64,000 nt of DNA from contig NC_092672.1 of assembly GCF_964355755.1 (NCBI RefSeq), positions 8,432,001-8,496,000 on the forward strand, written 5' to 3'. This DNA comes from Antedon mediterranea. Taxonomy: Eukaryota; Animalia; Echinodermata. Position numbers and translations under genes: made by a program. The notes beneath the pieces are model-generated. The model searched no databases, was not told the DNA's origin, and was given only the letters and a program-made list of their open reading frames with translations. This document shows positions 61,868 to 64,000 of the stretch, one piece after another. The number at the start of each line of letters is the position of its first letter. Position 1 is the stretch's first letter.

Positions 61868-64000
61868 CAATATAATATTATAATGACAAGTTATAGGCCT
61901 CCAAAGTAAATATTAGAAGAAGAAAAAAATATTGTTGCATAAAAGATTCAAAGTTGGACAAAGGGCTATTTTGGTTTTTTTTACACGAGTGGGCGATGAT
62001 GGTCGTTGCATCTGGAAAGGTCAAAGTCCAAGTTTGGCGCTAATTTTTAGAATGGTACGATCTGCTGCCACATGAGTAGGCTACACCGGTTGATATTTTA
62101 AGGATATTAGCACTTCGGGCGATGTCTGTAGGTTATATATTTTTTTAAAGATCATACGATCGACGACAATTGTTCTATATATCAAGAAATACCGATCATT
62201 CTTGTTCCTCGTGATCAGTGATAAGTGCAGTCAATGAATTTACCGCCGGAGTATATGCCAACTAGCGACATGAGGTAGACGCGACCTCAGGCAAATTACT
62301 ACATTTATTTTGGTCGTTTCCATTTTTAAACGTCTGATATATTAATTGCATGATTTAGAAAACCAAATGATCAATTATTTCAATTGGAATATTCCACTCT
62401 ACTTTTAGAAAAGAAAGTTATAAGCACGAAAAAGAAGGGTTTCCCCGGATATCGTTAATTATCGTCACTTTCTAAAAATCGCTAGGCTAAAATTTAGTTT
62501 AAATCAAATTTAAGATAAGATAGTAGGCCTATACTAACAAAAGGAGAATAGGCCTACGGTTACTAAATACAAAATATAAAATATTAATGCTGCGTTTACG
62601 CGTGATTATAGAATGACGTATTCGTAACGGATACGGAACTTAGCAACTATACATTGTTCATTGCTGGTGGTAGGCAATTTGTTGTAAATTAAGTACAAAT
62701 GAATTTAACTTAATGTTGTAAATTGTTGTACAGTTATACTAAATCACGAAACGGTATAATACAGTTAACAATGTGACTGTGACAATCTAGGCCTATTTAC
62801 CCCGAGTGACCTTATAGTACAAGCCGTAACTAACTCAATTCGATAAAATTGATCAACAATGCTCACCTATACAAAGCTGGGTCATATCGATGTGAGTTGC
62901 TATTAATAATGTTTTGAATTCCTAAAATCAATACATTATTATTCTGCTCACATCACTGAGATGCATCTGGCTACCGTAGCAGCCGATCCACATCGATTTT
63001 AATAAAAGGAAGCTGAAGGCTTAAGGAAATGTGGGTCTATGGCAGTACATTAAAACAACATTAGATATAAGACAATGTCAAATTAGATTTTAGAAATTAA
63101 CATAACAGGTGTTTATTATATAGAAAGACAACAAGTGTCCTCGTAATACCGGTGTCCATGAATAAGAGTTGGCCATAATCTTAATTGACCTTTGTTGTGT
63201 CCCCTGAATAATTGTGATGTCCCTGAATAAGTTTGTTCCCTTACTAAGTGTGTCCGCTGAATAAGGTGTCCACTGAATAAGTGTGTCCCTGAATTAGTGT
63301 GTCTGCTGAATAAGTGTGTCCGCTGAATAAGAGTGTCTGCTGAACAGGTGTCCCAAAGTATTGGTGACTGAGCCGATACTATTTGTATACTAAATTCAAT
63401 TGTACAATTTATTCTGATAAATTAAGCACAAAGCAGCCGAGGCGGGAAAGTCATCGGCGGACCGGCAATAAAGTAAGAAGTAAGTAATTTGTTAATTACT
63501 CGCTTGTGATTGGTTAAATGTTGGGAACTAGTTTAACCACCCAATTCGATATAATACTTATTTGCGAGTCTTTTGGTCGACTTCCCTCAACGGAAGTAGA
63601 GGGAGCTAGACGCATATATTTTCTCGAAAGTGTTATGCTGTAAAGATGAATGTTGATTCCATGGAAATAATAAATAGTCCGATTCCAAAAACCAGCATTC
63701 AACAACCGTACTACTATTTCTTTTTTTTACCCTCATACTGTTAACATATATATTTTTTATTATTTATTCTGAAATGTAGGTCTGATTGATTGATTGATAA
63801 AATGGGGGAACGACCTCCATCAACAAATCAATGGCTTTAGCCACACCATTGGTGCATACCGACTTCCATCTTTCATACATCCATAAAAAAATTAGAAGAA
63901 TTATGTCAAACTGAAAAGAAGCCGGTTTAAATTTTGAACTGAAAGTGCGACGGCAACAGTTTGTTGACGACGCCCTCTTTATAAACCAGGAAGTTCAATA

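Noticed and set aside
63420-63705. Promoter-like patch (ggcgggaaa, attgg, acggaagt) and a 63-aa ORF
   Set aside because: It may belong to a gene beyond the window, but no coding or splice evidence can be established here.

Overview
AT-rich, intron-rich animal genomic DNA, probably a marine invertebrate (an echinoderm-like deuterostome is my inference, not shown). I assembled four spliced genes by hand from splice sites and phase continuity. (1) MRM1, mitochondrial rRNA methyltransferase (+, 7 exons, ~681 aa), with two lineage-specific peptide-repeat insertions. (2) DNTTIP1/TdIF1, a MiDAC subunit (-, ~11 exons, ~349 aa). (3) A gene the ORF track does not show intact (+, 35996..38799). It has five exons and all phase-0 GTRAGT introns, and encodes a 181-aa secreted protein with four amphipathic helices and the exon architecture of vertebrate helical cytokines (IL-6/IL-11/G-CSF or IL-10/IFN type). 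This is the most interesting item. (4) A group III (bee-venom-type) secreted phospholipase A2 (+, 2 coding exons, 337 aa). The rest is non-autonomous DNA elements (PIF/Harbinger-, Kolobok-, Tc1/mariner-, hAT-, Academ- and Helentron-like), SINE remnants, minisatellites, a 3.3-kb 30-bp satellite, an 800-bp near-perfect palindrome and a composite 1-kb foldback element. Most long ORFs in the track are artefacts of tandem repeats. All family assignments come from recalled motifs; no searches were run.
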